DNA from: Spirochaetia bacterium | GTDB taxonomy: Bacteria; Spirochaetota; Spirochaetia; DSM-2461 | Length of the DNA stretch: 64,000 bases | Assembly: GCA_963666985.2 (NCBI GenBank) | Contig: CAXXIA010000001.1 | Span: 1,152,001-1,216,000, forward strand | Direction of reading: 5' to 3' | Shown: positions 19,535 to 28,331 of the stretch, piece after piece | How the letters are laid out: each line of letters starts with the position of its first letter | Position numbering within the stretch: position 1 is the stretch's first letter | The notes under the pieces: model-generated | Seen by the model: only the letters and a program-made list of their open reading frames with translations | What the model was told of the DNA's origin: nothing | The model's database searches: none | Program-made: the position numbers and the translations under genes

Positions 19535-20544
19535 CGCTTCACGGTACGGGCAGAGGCAAGCTCATCCTTTTCGGCGAGCATGCGGCTGTTCACGGTCATC
19601 CGGCGGTCGGGATTCCTCTCGAATGCAGCCTCCTCATCACTTGGACCGATGAAATCGAACCATCGGATTTGCCCTTTTTATCCGGCGCGGATCAATCCGC
19701 CGACGGCACTCACGGTAATAATTCGGACGCTTTAACTCTTCAAGAGCTCCTGAAGGATCTGAAAGCCCTGAATCCCCCTTCTCTCCCCTCGGGAGGAACA
19801 TGGAGCGTAAGAGGGAATGTACCGAGAGCAGGCGGTTTCGGATCTTCGGCGGCCCTTTGCGTGGCTCTTGCCCGTATCGCGAGAAGAACACACGGCACCG
19901 GATATGAAAAGGAAGTCCACCGCCTGGCCAATCTCCTCGAACAACGTTTCCATATAACGCCCTCCGGCATCGACACGGGATTGGCATCCTCCGAGAGCCC
20001 CGTAATCTGGAGAAAAATAGAAAACGACGTTCCCGAACGCATTCCCCTTAAGATACCGGAGCTTCATCTTCTCTACGGAGCTCTTCCGCGTTCCGCGTCC
20101 ACGGCGGGAACGGTCGGCGCTTTGTCGGCCAGGGCGAATGCGGGCGACAAGCACGTTATGGACGTTATGGACGGACTCGGACGAATTACGGAAGAGTTCA
20201 TCCTCCTATGCGGTCGGGCCCGAAGAGGACGAAACGACTCCGCCCTCGCCCCGATACCCGGATTCGCTCAAGAAGCCGGGATACTTGCGGATAAAGCCCA
20301 ATCTCTGCTTGCGGAATTGAACCTCTCCACGCCCGCTCTTGATGAAATCCTGCACATATCAAAACATCTTGGCGCCGTCGGAGGGAAACTCAGCGGCGGC
20401 GGCTCGGGGGGAGCCTTTTTTCTTTGCGCTCCGAATATACCGACACGCGACCGCTTAGCCGAAGAATTACCGCCTCTTCTTGAGAAGAAAGGCATCACTC
20501 TGGCGTATCGGCTTACCCCGCTTGACGCCGGAAATGTTCGCTAA
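19531..20544 (+). CDS. mvk: Mevalonate kinase
   Basis: GKLILFGEHAAVHG, GGFGSSAA, PSGIDT, GGKLSGGGSGG. Confidence 0.92.
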   Translation: MTLHGTGRGKLILFGEHAAVHGHPAVGIPLECSLLITWTDEIEPSDLPFLSGADQSADGTHGNNSDALTLQELLKDLKALNPPSLPSGGTWSVRGNVPRAGGFGSSAALCVALARIARRTHGTGYEKEVHRLANLLEQRFHITPSGIDTGLASSESPVIWRKIENDVPERIPLKIPELHLLYGALPRSASTAGTVGALSARANAGDKHVMDVMDGLGRITEEFILLCGRARRGRNDSALAPIPGFAQEAGILADKAQSLLAELNLSTPALDEILHISKHLGAVGGKLSGGGSGGAFFLCAPNIPTRDRLAEELPPLLEKKGITLAYRLTPLDAGNVR

Positions 20545-20624
20545 AAGGCCCCAGGGGCCGACTTCGATGAGTCCGGCCTCCGCAAAAAACTCAAGGTGTG
20601 AATGTCGAATGGCGAATAGATCGA

Positions 20625-21482
20625 TTAAAAACCGCGGGCTTCCCTGATGGTCTCCCAAGCCTTTTGGATTTCCTGAAATTTTTTATTCGCGAAATCGGTA
20701 AATTCCTTGGGAAGTCCCTTTGCCGCGATTTTATCGGGATGATATTCCGACGCCTTTTTTCTATAGGCTTTGCGGATATCCGCTTCATTCGCGTTTTTAT
20801 CAACTCCCAAGGTCTCGTAAGCGGAGGCCAAAGGAGCGGATGTTTGCGATGCCGATCCGGACGAACCGGAACTCCCGCCGCCGGTATAGGCACCGTAGCG
20901 CATCTTAATCGATTCGTATGTGCCTTGAGGAAAGCCGAAAATGGATGCGGCCTCCTTCATCAGACGATCTTCCTCGGGATGAATCGCTCCGTCGGCTCCG
21001 GAAACCCGAACCATGATGATCAGCATCATTTCCAGAAGCTGAGGCCGGCGTGAAAATGCTTGGGCGGCCTTTCTCGCGTAGTCTCCCATAGGCACGCCGC
21101 CTGCGGCGGCCTGACGGAAAATCTTCATAGCCGTGGAAACGCTGGCCGGATCCGTTATGCGCAGTTCTCCGGTTACGACGGAACGGAAGGCGGCTTCTTC
21201 CGCGGCCGAAACCGTTCCATCGGCCGCCGCGAGACGGCCGAGCATGGAAAAGAGGGTTTCCATAAAAACCGGTCCGGCGGACATCCCTTCGGAGCCCCAG
21301 CCTGAAAACCAGCCGGAAGAACTCTCATGACTCCTTGAATCGCGAAAAACCCGAACTCCGATTCCCGAACCGATGGAACTGCCGAGGAGTGCGAAAATCA
21401 TTCCGAGCAGGGGGGAACCGAACAGAAATAAACCGGCAATGAATCCAAGTATGGCGCCGATCAGTGATGCTGGATTGATCAA
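20625..21482 (-). CDS. djlA: DjlA-like co-chaperone (TM, TerB-like and J domains)
   Basis: N-terminal TM segment, LAAADGTVSAAE, ADGAIHPEE, J-domain YHPDK. Confidence 0.85.
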   Translation of the reverse strand: MINPASLIGAILGFIAGLFLFGSPLLGMIFALLGSSIGSGIGVRVFRDSRSHESSSGWFSGWGSEGMSAGPVFMETLFSMLGRLAAADGTVSAAEEAAFRSVVTGELRITDPASVSTAMKIFRQAAAGGVPMGDYARKAAQAFSRRPQLLEMMLIIMVRVSGADGAIHPEEDRLMKEAASIFGFPQGTYESIKMRYGAYTGGGSSGSSGSASQTSAPLASAYETLGVDKNANEADIRKAYRKKASEYHPDKIAAKGLPKEFTDFANKKFQEIQKAWETIREARGF

Positions 21483-21537
21483 TAAAAACTCCTCGAAGCC
21501 GGAATAAACAAAGAAGACCTAAAATCTTCGCATACCT

Positions 21538-21645
21538 GAGGCAATTTCATAATTCATGAAATTGCTTGGAACCGACGGCTGAAGCCCCTTTAGAATCAGT
21601 TATATAAGGCTTTATTTCAAAAATCGCTGATTTTTGAAACCGCCC
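21538..21645 (+). repeat. ~108-bp MITE-like dispersed repeat, copy 1
   Basis: Two terminal palindromes (GCAATTTCAT..ATGAAATTGC and TTTCAAAAATC..GATTTTTGAAA); aligns end to end with the reverse complement of 55501-55607. Confidence 0.75.
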
Positions 21646-21732
21646 CACCTGATGAAAAGTACAGAAATACACCGGCGGGGACAAGTTACAAAAACGAAAC
21701 GGTTCCATCTATAAGAGTCTCGGACTTTTCAT

Positions 21733-22362
21733 TCAGCGCTCCTCGGCCGCGGCCGTCAGTACAATCGACGCTCCGTCGGTCAATATCACCGAATTCTTCT
21801 CATAGGGAATCTCTTCATTGCCTATGAGAAGTGTAAATTCTATATCGAAATTTAAGGCTCCCGGGGTTGTCTCCAGATTGATTTCCGCCGTTTCTCCGTC
21901 CCTGATCGAACGCCCGCCCAGAACATCGGAACCCCACCGCTCGTCGCTCGATGAACTGATTCTTAATGAAATAATCGTGGCGCCCGTTCTGTTGTTCAGT
22001 TTAAATCGTCTCTCGGAGCCCGCGAACTCGGACAAACGCGCCAGATGTTCAGGGCCTACCGTAACCTTCCCCGTCGGCGCCGGAAACACATCGTAAAGGA
22101 TATAAACCTCTCCGCTTGAATCAATCATTCGAAAAGCCCACGGCGAAGGTCCGATTAGATCCAAACGGACGGACTCTCCGTCAAGAACAATCCTCTCGGG
22201 AATAAGATCTTCTCCCCATTGGTCCGTTCCATGAGAAGCCGCTTGAATAATTTCAATGGAACATCCGGTTCGATTAACGATTAGAATCCCTTCCGAAAAT
22301 CCGGCTCCCGCCGCGAGCAAAAGAAATCCCAAAGCAATCGGAAGGCCGTATCGCGATATCAT
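21733..22362 (-). CDS. Secreted hypothetical protein with an internally duplicated domain
   Basis: Signal peptide; two copies of the pattern NRTG..I....S....WG.D......I.DGE. Confidence 0.75.
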   Translation of the reverse strand: MISRYGLPIALGFLLLAAGAGFSEGILIVNRTGCSIEIIQAASHGTDQWGEDLIPERIVLDGESVRLDLIGPSPWAFRMIDSSGEVYILYDVFPAPTGKVTVGPEHLARLSEFAGSERRFKLNNRTGATIISLRISSSSDERWGSDVLGGRSIRDGETAEINLETTPGALNFDIEFTLLIGNEEIPYEKNSVILTDGASIVLTAAAEER

Positions 22363-23801
22363 GCTTCTTCCAATTCCTCGGATTTATCCTGATACTCAAG
22401 AATGGCCGCTTTGATTTCGGAGAAAAACAGCGGGAAAATGACGTTGTGAAAATAATAGGCCTGATGTGTAACGCCTCTGTTCATATTGTAGGATCTGTTG
22501 ATCACGGCCCTTGTTTCGGCCATCCATTTGTCATAGCCGCCGAAATCCGAATCATCTTTTTGGGGGCTTTTTCTTTCCTTAACCGAATCCTGAAGTTTTC
22601 CGAGAAGCTCCAGAAGACTGAAAAGCGTATATCTTTCGTTTAAAGCGGCTCTGATTTTTCCGGAATCTCCCGAATCGCTTAAAATCATTTTCTTGTACTT
22701 ATCAGGAAACATGGTTCTGAACAGCGAATACTTCTTCAGCTCCACACCTTCTTTCCGAAAGAGATCTTCCAATTTATCGATGACAAAATGATTTCCCCGA
22801 TAATACTTGATGAAATTGACGATATCATCGGCTCCGGTTTCTCCGCGCCGCAAAAGCAGTTTCGTCTGATCCCTGATACTCTCGGGAAGCGCCGGATTAA
22901 CTTGAATGCTGTATGTCTCGAATTCCGCGTTCTTTTTATCCTTTAAATTCACGACGGCTTTCTGGAACAGCTCCTCAAACGAGATATCACGGTAAACGCT
23001 CCCCATGGCTTCGGCTTCTCTTTTCAGCCGCTTATGGTATTCGGCGGTGATTCCCGAACCTTCCAGAATATTAAAAAAATCGGAGGTAAGGCGAAGGCCG
23101 CCGATCGGCGCCGAAGATTCCATTCTCTTGGCCTCAATAACGGGCATGCCGATAACGTCCCACTGCTTCGCGCCGTCCGGTCCGAAATTACCGATAAGAA
23201 CCCGCCCCATGGAAGCACCGATACGAATACGGATTTGAAACAAAGCGTTAAACGAAGCCGAAGCATAACCGTTTCGAAGCTGCCCCAGAATCCCGTAGGC
23301 CTCATGTATGGCGTCGATTGTGGGCTCATCCCCGATTTTCCTTAAATAGTTCTCATTGGCCTGATTGAAAAGGCTGCTGATTCTCTGAAGCTCAACGCAT
23401 GTAAAAAAAAGCTCTCGGGCCACTTTCTTCGCGGCTTCATCTTCATCCAAATTTTTTATTTGCGGATCGATCGGACCGCCGTAGTGAAACATCAGGCTGT
23501 CGCCTTCAATCTTGTTCAGATACGCGCCGTGCTTCCTTAAAACCCAGTTGAACGCCGAATACAATCCGTTCAAGACGATTTGATTTTCCGGCGGGCTTAA
23601 AAACTGCGAGAGGAAGGTGTACCGGGCGATATCGAGAAAGGCAATCCCGATAAGCGTTTCATTGGATTTGGAATGAATCCCGCCGGCTTCAACAATGGCT
23701 TCGACAAGCTGTCTGGGTAAATAGAATTCCTCTATCTTCCTACGGAGAGTAAGTTCCTCGCTTAAGGTGCCTTGGCTTTCCGGACCGAGATAAGCATTCA
23801 T
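22359..23801 (-). CDS. Class III adenylate/guanylate cyclase domain protein (soluble)
   Basis: IAFLDIARYT, LNKIEGDSLM, IRIGASMG, GNFG, WDVIGMPVIEAKRMES. Confidence 0.85.
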   Translation of the reverse strand: MNAYLGPESQGTLSEELTLRRKIEEFYLPRQLVEAIVEAGGIHSKSNETLIGIAFLDIARYTFLSQFLSPPENQIVLNGLYSAFNWVLRKHGAYLNKIEGDSLMFHYGGPIDPQIKNLDEDEAAKKVARELFFTCVELQRISSLFNQANENYLRKIGDEPTIDAIHEAYGILGQLRNGYASASFNALFQIRIRIGASMGRVLIGNFGPDGAKQWDVIGMPVIEAKRMESSAPIGGLRLTSDFFNILEGSGITAEYHKRLKREAEAMGSVYRDISFEELFQKAVVNLKDKKNAEFETYSIQVNPALPESIRDQTKLLLRRGETGADDIVNFIKYYRGNHFVIDKLEDLFRKEGVELKKYSLFRTMFPDKYKKMILSDSGDSGKIRAALNERYTLFSLLELLGKLQDSVKERKSPQKDDSDFGGYDKWMAETRAVINRSYNMNRGVTHQAYYFHNVIFPLFFSEIKAAILEYQDKSEELEEA

Positions 23802-23879
23802 TTATTACTTATAATATCGATTGTATTGCTTCTTGTCACATCATTTACATAAAGGTCTTTTAAGAAGGATAATCACAGC

Positions 23880-25013
23880 ATGATTCTGAATGAAAACGTC
23901 GATCGAAAAATCATTCCCATCGCGGGAGGCAAAGGAGGCGTCGGGAAAAGCATTCTGGCGGCGAATATTGCTCTCAGCATGGCGCTCTATGGCAAGAAAA
24001 CCGTTCTTGTCGATCTTGATCTCGGCGGTTCCAACCTTCATACACTGCTCGGAATGAAAAACATTCATCCCGGAGTGGGTAATTTTCTATCGGGGAAAAA
24101 ATGTTCCCTTCAGGATTTGGCGGTTCCCACGGAATGGGAAAACCTCTTCTTCATACCCGGCGATGTTCTGGTCTGCGGAATCGGAGAACTCACCAAATCG
24201 ATAAAAGCTCGTGTGGTGAAGGGACTGCTGGAAATTGACGCCGACTACATTATTATCGACCTCGGCGGCGGGACGAATTTTACGGTTATCGACTTTTTTC
24301 TTATATCGAATTCGGGTTTCATCGTTACCACTCCTCAGAGTACGGCGATTATGAACGCATATTCTTTTTTGAAGAATTATGTTTTTCGTTTTCTTCAGCG
24401 GGCCTTTTTCCAGGATAAAACCATCACGGCCTATCTTAAAAATATCCTGAAGGAACAGCAGCCGGGCGGATCATCCTCCGTTCCAAGCATTATCGGCGGT
24501 ATCTACGAAATAAGCTCGGAAGCGGGAGAAAAAGCCGAGGCTTTTCTTGAGGTTCTGCAGCCCAAACTCATACTGAACAAACTCAATGAAATGGAAGACG
24601 TTCTCATCGCGCAAGGACTGCGCGATCTGTGCGCAAAGAACCTCTCTCTCGATCTCGAGTGTCTCGGGACCATCATGAACGACACGTCCGTCGACGAGTC
24701 CATCGATGTGCAAAGGCCGTTCATTCTCGATCATTCCGAAGAAGTCGTGACTCAGGAGATTCATAGGATTTCCCAGAAAATCATCCAAAGCGGACAATTT
24801 CCCAGGATGCCTCTGGAACTCGATTATTATGCCGACACATTTGAACTGGCTCTGATGGAAACGGAAAACGATATGGCGGCAAACCGTAAAAACACCGAAA
24901 GCGCGGAGAAAGAACGATACGATATCGACAAACTTCTGGAACTGGTCCGTATTCAGCAAAGTAAAATCATGGAACTCCAGAGTACCGTGAAAATACTATC
25001 GATGAATCACTGA
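23880..25013 (+). CDS. MinD/FlhG-like P-loop ATPase
   Basis: GGKGGVGKS, VDLDLGGSNLH, IDLGGGT, VTTP; C-terminal coiled-coil-like tail. Confidence 0.88.
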   Translation: MILNENVDRKIIPIAGGKGGVGKSILAANIALSMALYGKKTVLVDLDLGGSNLHTLLGMKNIHPGVGNFLSGKKCSLQDLAVPTEWENLFFIPGDVLVCGIGELTKSIKARVVKGLLEIDADYIIIDLGGGTNFTVIDFFLISNSGFIVTTPQSTAIMNAYSFLKNYVFRFLQRAFFQDKTITAYLKNILKEQQPGGSSSVPSIIGGIYEISSEAGEKAEAFLEVLQPKLILNKLNEMEDVLIAQGLRDLCAKNLSLDLECLGTIMNDTSVDESIDVQRPFILDHSEEVVTQEIHRISQKIIQSGQFPRMPLELDYYADTFELALMETENDMAANRKNTESAEKERYDIDKLLELVRIQQSKIMELQSTVKILSMNH

Positions 25014-25103
25014 AACCTTTATGAAATACCCGATGCCGCAGGGGCTTATCGAGTCCGTTTCAACAATTCACCGATAAAAGGACGTTCTTTCCGCCCATCG
25101 CCC

Positions 25104-25658
25104 TTAACCCAGGCCGAAAGGAACCATCAGTTTCGCAAGAGGTGCATCAATAACGTCACAGGCTTTCTTGGCATCAGTTCTCGGAACGCTTAAGGTCTTC
25201 CAGAATGACTGTTCAAAAAAGCCGAGAATCGTTCTCTGAGTCGATTCTTCTTTGTAGACGATATAGGAGGTGTTCAGTCCCGTTTCATTGGAGATTGTAA
25301 AGGATGTGTAGGTTTCAACCGGTTCCTTCGCAATCATGATTTTTTCCTGACGCTTCGTCGTATAGATATCCAGCTCTTTGATACGATAGGGAATACGGTG
25401 AGCGTCGTCCCGGTAGGCCGGCTCCACATGCTTCGCGCTGTAATTCAGGGGTTCAAAGAGGACGAAGAGCTTTTTTCCGTCGGCCTGAAACATAATCCCC
25501 TCTTCCATCATGTAGATGTCTTTCACATTTCCGTAAGAAATAACTTCATATCGCGCGTACCTGGAAGAATCATTCAGTAATTCCGTGATAATGAATCCCC
25601 CTTCGCGGGGCAACTCATTACTGCTATAAGCTTCGAAGAGATCCATGATCTTGGCCAT
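25104..25658 (-). CDS. Hypothetical protein
   Basis: 184-aa ORF from MAKIMDL with an AAGGAG ribosome-binding site and its own promoter. Confidence 0.8.
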   Translation of the reverse strand: MAKIMDLFEAYSSNELPREGGFIITELLNDSSRYARYEVISYGNVKDIYMMEEGIMFQADGKKLFVLFEPLNYSAKHVEPAYRDDAHRIPYRIKELDIYTTKRQEKIMIAKEPVETYTSFTISNETGLNTSYIVYKEESTQRTILGFFEQSFWKTLSVPRTDAKKACDVIDAPLAKLMVPFGLG

Positions 25659-25677
25659 ATTCGCTCCTTCTAGCCTG

Positions 25678-25706
25678 AGTATAGAAAGGGTGTATAAGGT
25701 TGTCAA
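25678..25706 (-). promoter_or_regulatory. Sigma70-type promoter TTGACA-N17-TATACT
   Basis: Read directly from the sequence upstream of the 25104-25658 gene. Confidence 0.7.
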
Positions 25707-25735
25707 TTTTCATTTATCGGCCCTAAGATGCAACC

Positions 25736-26572
25736 ATGGAAGTTCGCCGCGCCCTGGCCCTCTTTAAAATAGAGGGCCGTATACCCATTGATGAACTGAA
25801 CGCCGCTTTCAGGTCTCTGGTAAAAAAATATCATCCGGATAAAGTTCGCGACTATCCGGAATGGGCTCATGAACGAATGGCCGAGATAAACGACGCATAT
25901 GAGACTCTGGCCTCATGGATTGCAAAGTCCCGGGAACAAACGCCGGAGCAAAATGACGTTTATAACGAAACCGAGACGGAAGAGCCTGCGGATTTCAAAA
26001 AAAGCGAAGACATTCCGGAAATGGAGGGCCGGCTCGGGAAGGAATTCGAGAACGCCTATGCAATTTTTCTCGACGGTCTCGGACTCTACTACCAGTACGG
26101 CCTTGAAAATCCCTCTTATCGCACCGAAGGGGTTCGACGCTTCCGGTATCGGGAGTCTCTCAGAACCGCGAAAAGGGGACGGGATATACTGGAAGACTGC
26201 GCATCGGAAACCCGCCATCCGGTTATCCGCGCCGTCGCTAGATTTTCCCGCCTTTCGATAGCTGATATGGATCTCGGCTTTCTCGTATTTTCGGAAACGC
26301 AAAAGAGCGCAAAGAAAATGGACGAGCGCTTCAAGGCGGCGAAAAAAATGTTCGACGAAGCCGTAAAGGTCTACCTTTTTCCGGAACTTGTACCGAATCA
26401 CCTCCATGCGAAGGTCCGTGCCGGTTTGTATTCCTGCTACACCGAATTCGTAATCTACCTGACGATGTTCCCGAAAGGAGAACGCCGAAAAGCGGCGATA
26501 CTTGCCGCCGCCCGATATGATGCGTTCATGGATTTGATTGAATTAAGAAATGCCGGCCGGCTGGATTTTTAA
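25736..26572 (+). CDS. J-domain-containing protein
   Basis: N-terminal FRSLVKKYHPDK...MAEINDAYE. Confidence 0.85.
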   Translation: MEVRRALALFKIEGRIPIDELNAAFRSLVKKYHPDKVRDYPEWAHERMAEINDAYETLASWIAKSREQTPEQNDVYNETETEEPADFKKSEDIPEMEGRLGKEFENAYAIFLDGLGLYYQYGLENPSYRTEGVRRFRYRESLRTAKRGRDILEDCASETRHPVIRAVARFSRLSIADMDLGFLVFSETQKSAKKMDERFKAAKKMFDEAVKVYLFPELVPNHLHAKVRAGLYSCYTEFVIYLTMFPKGERRKAAILAAARYDAFMDLIELRNAGRLDF

Positions 26573-26573
26573 G

Positions 26574-28302
26574 AAAGGGGCTGTCTCATAAGAGGCGGCC
26601 CTTTTTCATGTCTGGAAGAATTCCCTTCTGAATTCAAGGGTGGTAGAATTCTTCATGGACACTAAAAAGAAGGCTACATTCAAAGATTACGAAATCAGCC
26701 AACAGATGCTCCTGCCTCCAAGTCTCGATGAACTGCTTCCCGCAAACCATATATCCCGCACAATCAACAACTTCATCGACACGATGGATACCAGTGAGCT
26801 CTTCAACGCCTATCCGGGAGGCGGTGCCAGCAGCTACCACCCGGTGATGATGCTGAAGGTTCTGGTGTTGGCCTACTCGAAACAGCTGTATTCCTGTCGT
26901 CAAATCGCAGACGCTCTTCGTGAGCAGATATGCTTCATGTGGATCAGTGGTAATAACCGTCCTGATTTCCACACGATAAACAGATTTCGTAACGGTCCAT
27001 TGAAGAAGAGCATCGAGAAAATCTTTGCCTCAATGGCCAACAGCCTCATCGAGAGCGGACATGTCCAGATGGAGAACTACTTTCTCGACGGCACAAAAAT
27101 CGAATCAGCAGCTAACAAATACACATGGGTATGGGGCCGGGCGACAGACAAGTTCCAGAAGCGCCTGGCCGGCAATATGGATGAGCTTTTCGAATACATC
27201 GACCGCATCAATGAAGAAGAGGATGAGAAGTACGGCGACCATGACCTTCCCCATGTGGATCCTCAAGGCAGGCCGATGTCGGAGATTCTCGAAGATGCGG
27301 TATCCAAGCTCAATGAAGAGCTGCGCAAGGATCGGGAGGAGCGAGAAAAGAAGGAGATTCAACGGAGATTGAATACCGCTAGCAAGGACTATCTCCCTCG
27401 TGCCAAAAAGTATGAGCAGCAGAAGAGAATCCTCGGCGACCGAAATAGTTACTCGAAAACAGACTATGATGCGACTTTCATGCGGATGAAAGAAGACTAT
27501 ATGAAAAATGGTCAGCTCAAGCCCGGGTACAACATCCAAATGGGTACTGAGAACCAGTTCATCCTCGGATATAGCATCCACCAGAGTCCCGGTGACTCCC
27601 TGACATTGCCGCTACATATGGAGAAACTGAAAAAGAATCTGAAACGCTATCCGAAAAGAATCATTGCTGATTCAGGATATGGTAGTGAAGAGAACTACCA
27701 GTGGTGTGAGGATCATGGTGTCGAGAAGTACATCAAGTTCAGCTACTTCCACAGGGAGCGGAAACGGAAGTTCAAGAAGCAGATTCATATGAAAGAGAAC
27801 TGGGACTATCGTGCCTCTGATGATACATACCGGTGCCCCAAGGGTCGCCGATTCAAACACGAGGAGACCAGAATCTCGAAAACAGGTTCAGGATTTCCGA
27901 CCACTGAAAAAAGGTATACAGGCCCTGGATGCCAAAGGTGTTCTCTCCGAATCCGGTGCTGCAAATACGGAGGCAAAGAGCGCATCCTGACGGTTCGTCC
28001 AAACCTGGAACGGCATAAGTCTGAAGTGCGCAAGTTGCTGACTTCAGAGGAAGGACTGAGAATGCGCTCTCTCAGGCCGATTGAAGTCGAATCTGTATTC
28101 GGAGATATCAAGACGAATATGGGATTTCGGAGATTCCGAACCAGGGGATTGAAGATGGTCAGTACTGAATGGGGACTGTTGAGTATGGCTCATAACATGA
28201 GGAAGCTACAGAAACGATAAGGGGATGGGAGGGAACCTCCCGTCTTCGGAGGTCAACCAAATTTTAAAAGGGGCTGTCTCAAACTAATGAGACAGCCCCT
28301 TT
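26574..28302 (+). mobile_element. IS1182-family insertion sequence with palindromic flanks
   Basis: Transposase bracketed by AAAGGGGCTGTCTCA at both ends, each forming a hairpin with the downstream sequence. Confidence 0.85.
26655..28220 (+). CDS. IS1182-family transposase
   Basis: YHPVMMLKVL, PDFHTINRFR, LDGTKIE, SKTDYDATFMRMKED, LKPGYN, IADSGYGSEENY, VESVFG, HNMRK. Confidence 0.93.
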   Translation: MDTKKKATFKDYEISQQMLLPPSLDELLPANHISRTINNFIDTMDTSELFNAYPGGGASSYHPVMMLKVLVLAYSKQLYSCRQIADALREQICFMWISGNNRPDFHTINRFRNGPLKKSIEKIFASMANSLIESGHVQMENYFLDGTKIESAANKYTWVWGRATDKFQKRLAGNMDELFEYIDRINEEEDEKYGDHDLPHVDPQGRPMSEILEDAVSKLNEELRKDREEREKKEIQRRLNTASKDYLPRAKKYEQQKRILGDRNSYSKTDYDATFMRMKEDYMKNGQLKPGYNIQMGTENQFILGYSIHQSPGDSLTLPLHMEKLKKNLKRYPKRIIADSGYGSEENYQWCEDHGVEKYIKFSYFHRERKRKFKKQIHMKENWDYRASDDTYRCPKGRRFKHEETRISKTGSGFPTTEKRYTGPGCQRCSLRIRCCKYGGKERILTVRPNLERHKSEVRKLLTSEEGLRMRSLRPIEVESVFGDIKTNMGFRRFRTRGLKMVSTEWGLLSMAHNMRKLQKR

Positions 28303-28331
28303 ACGAGTTTCTTCGCAACTGAGATTTACAA

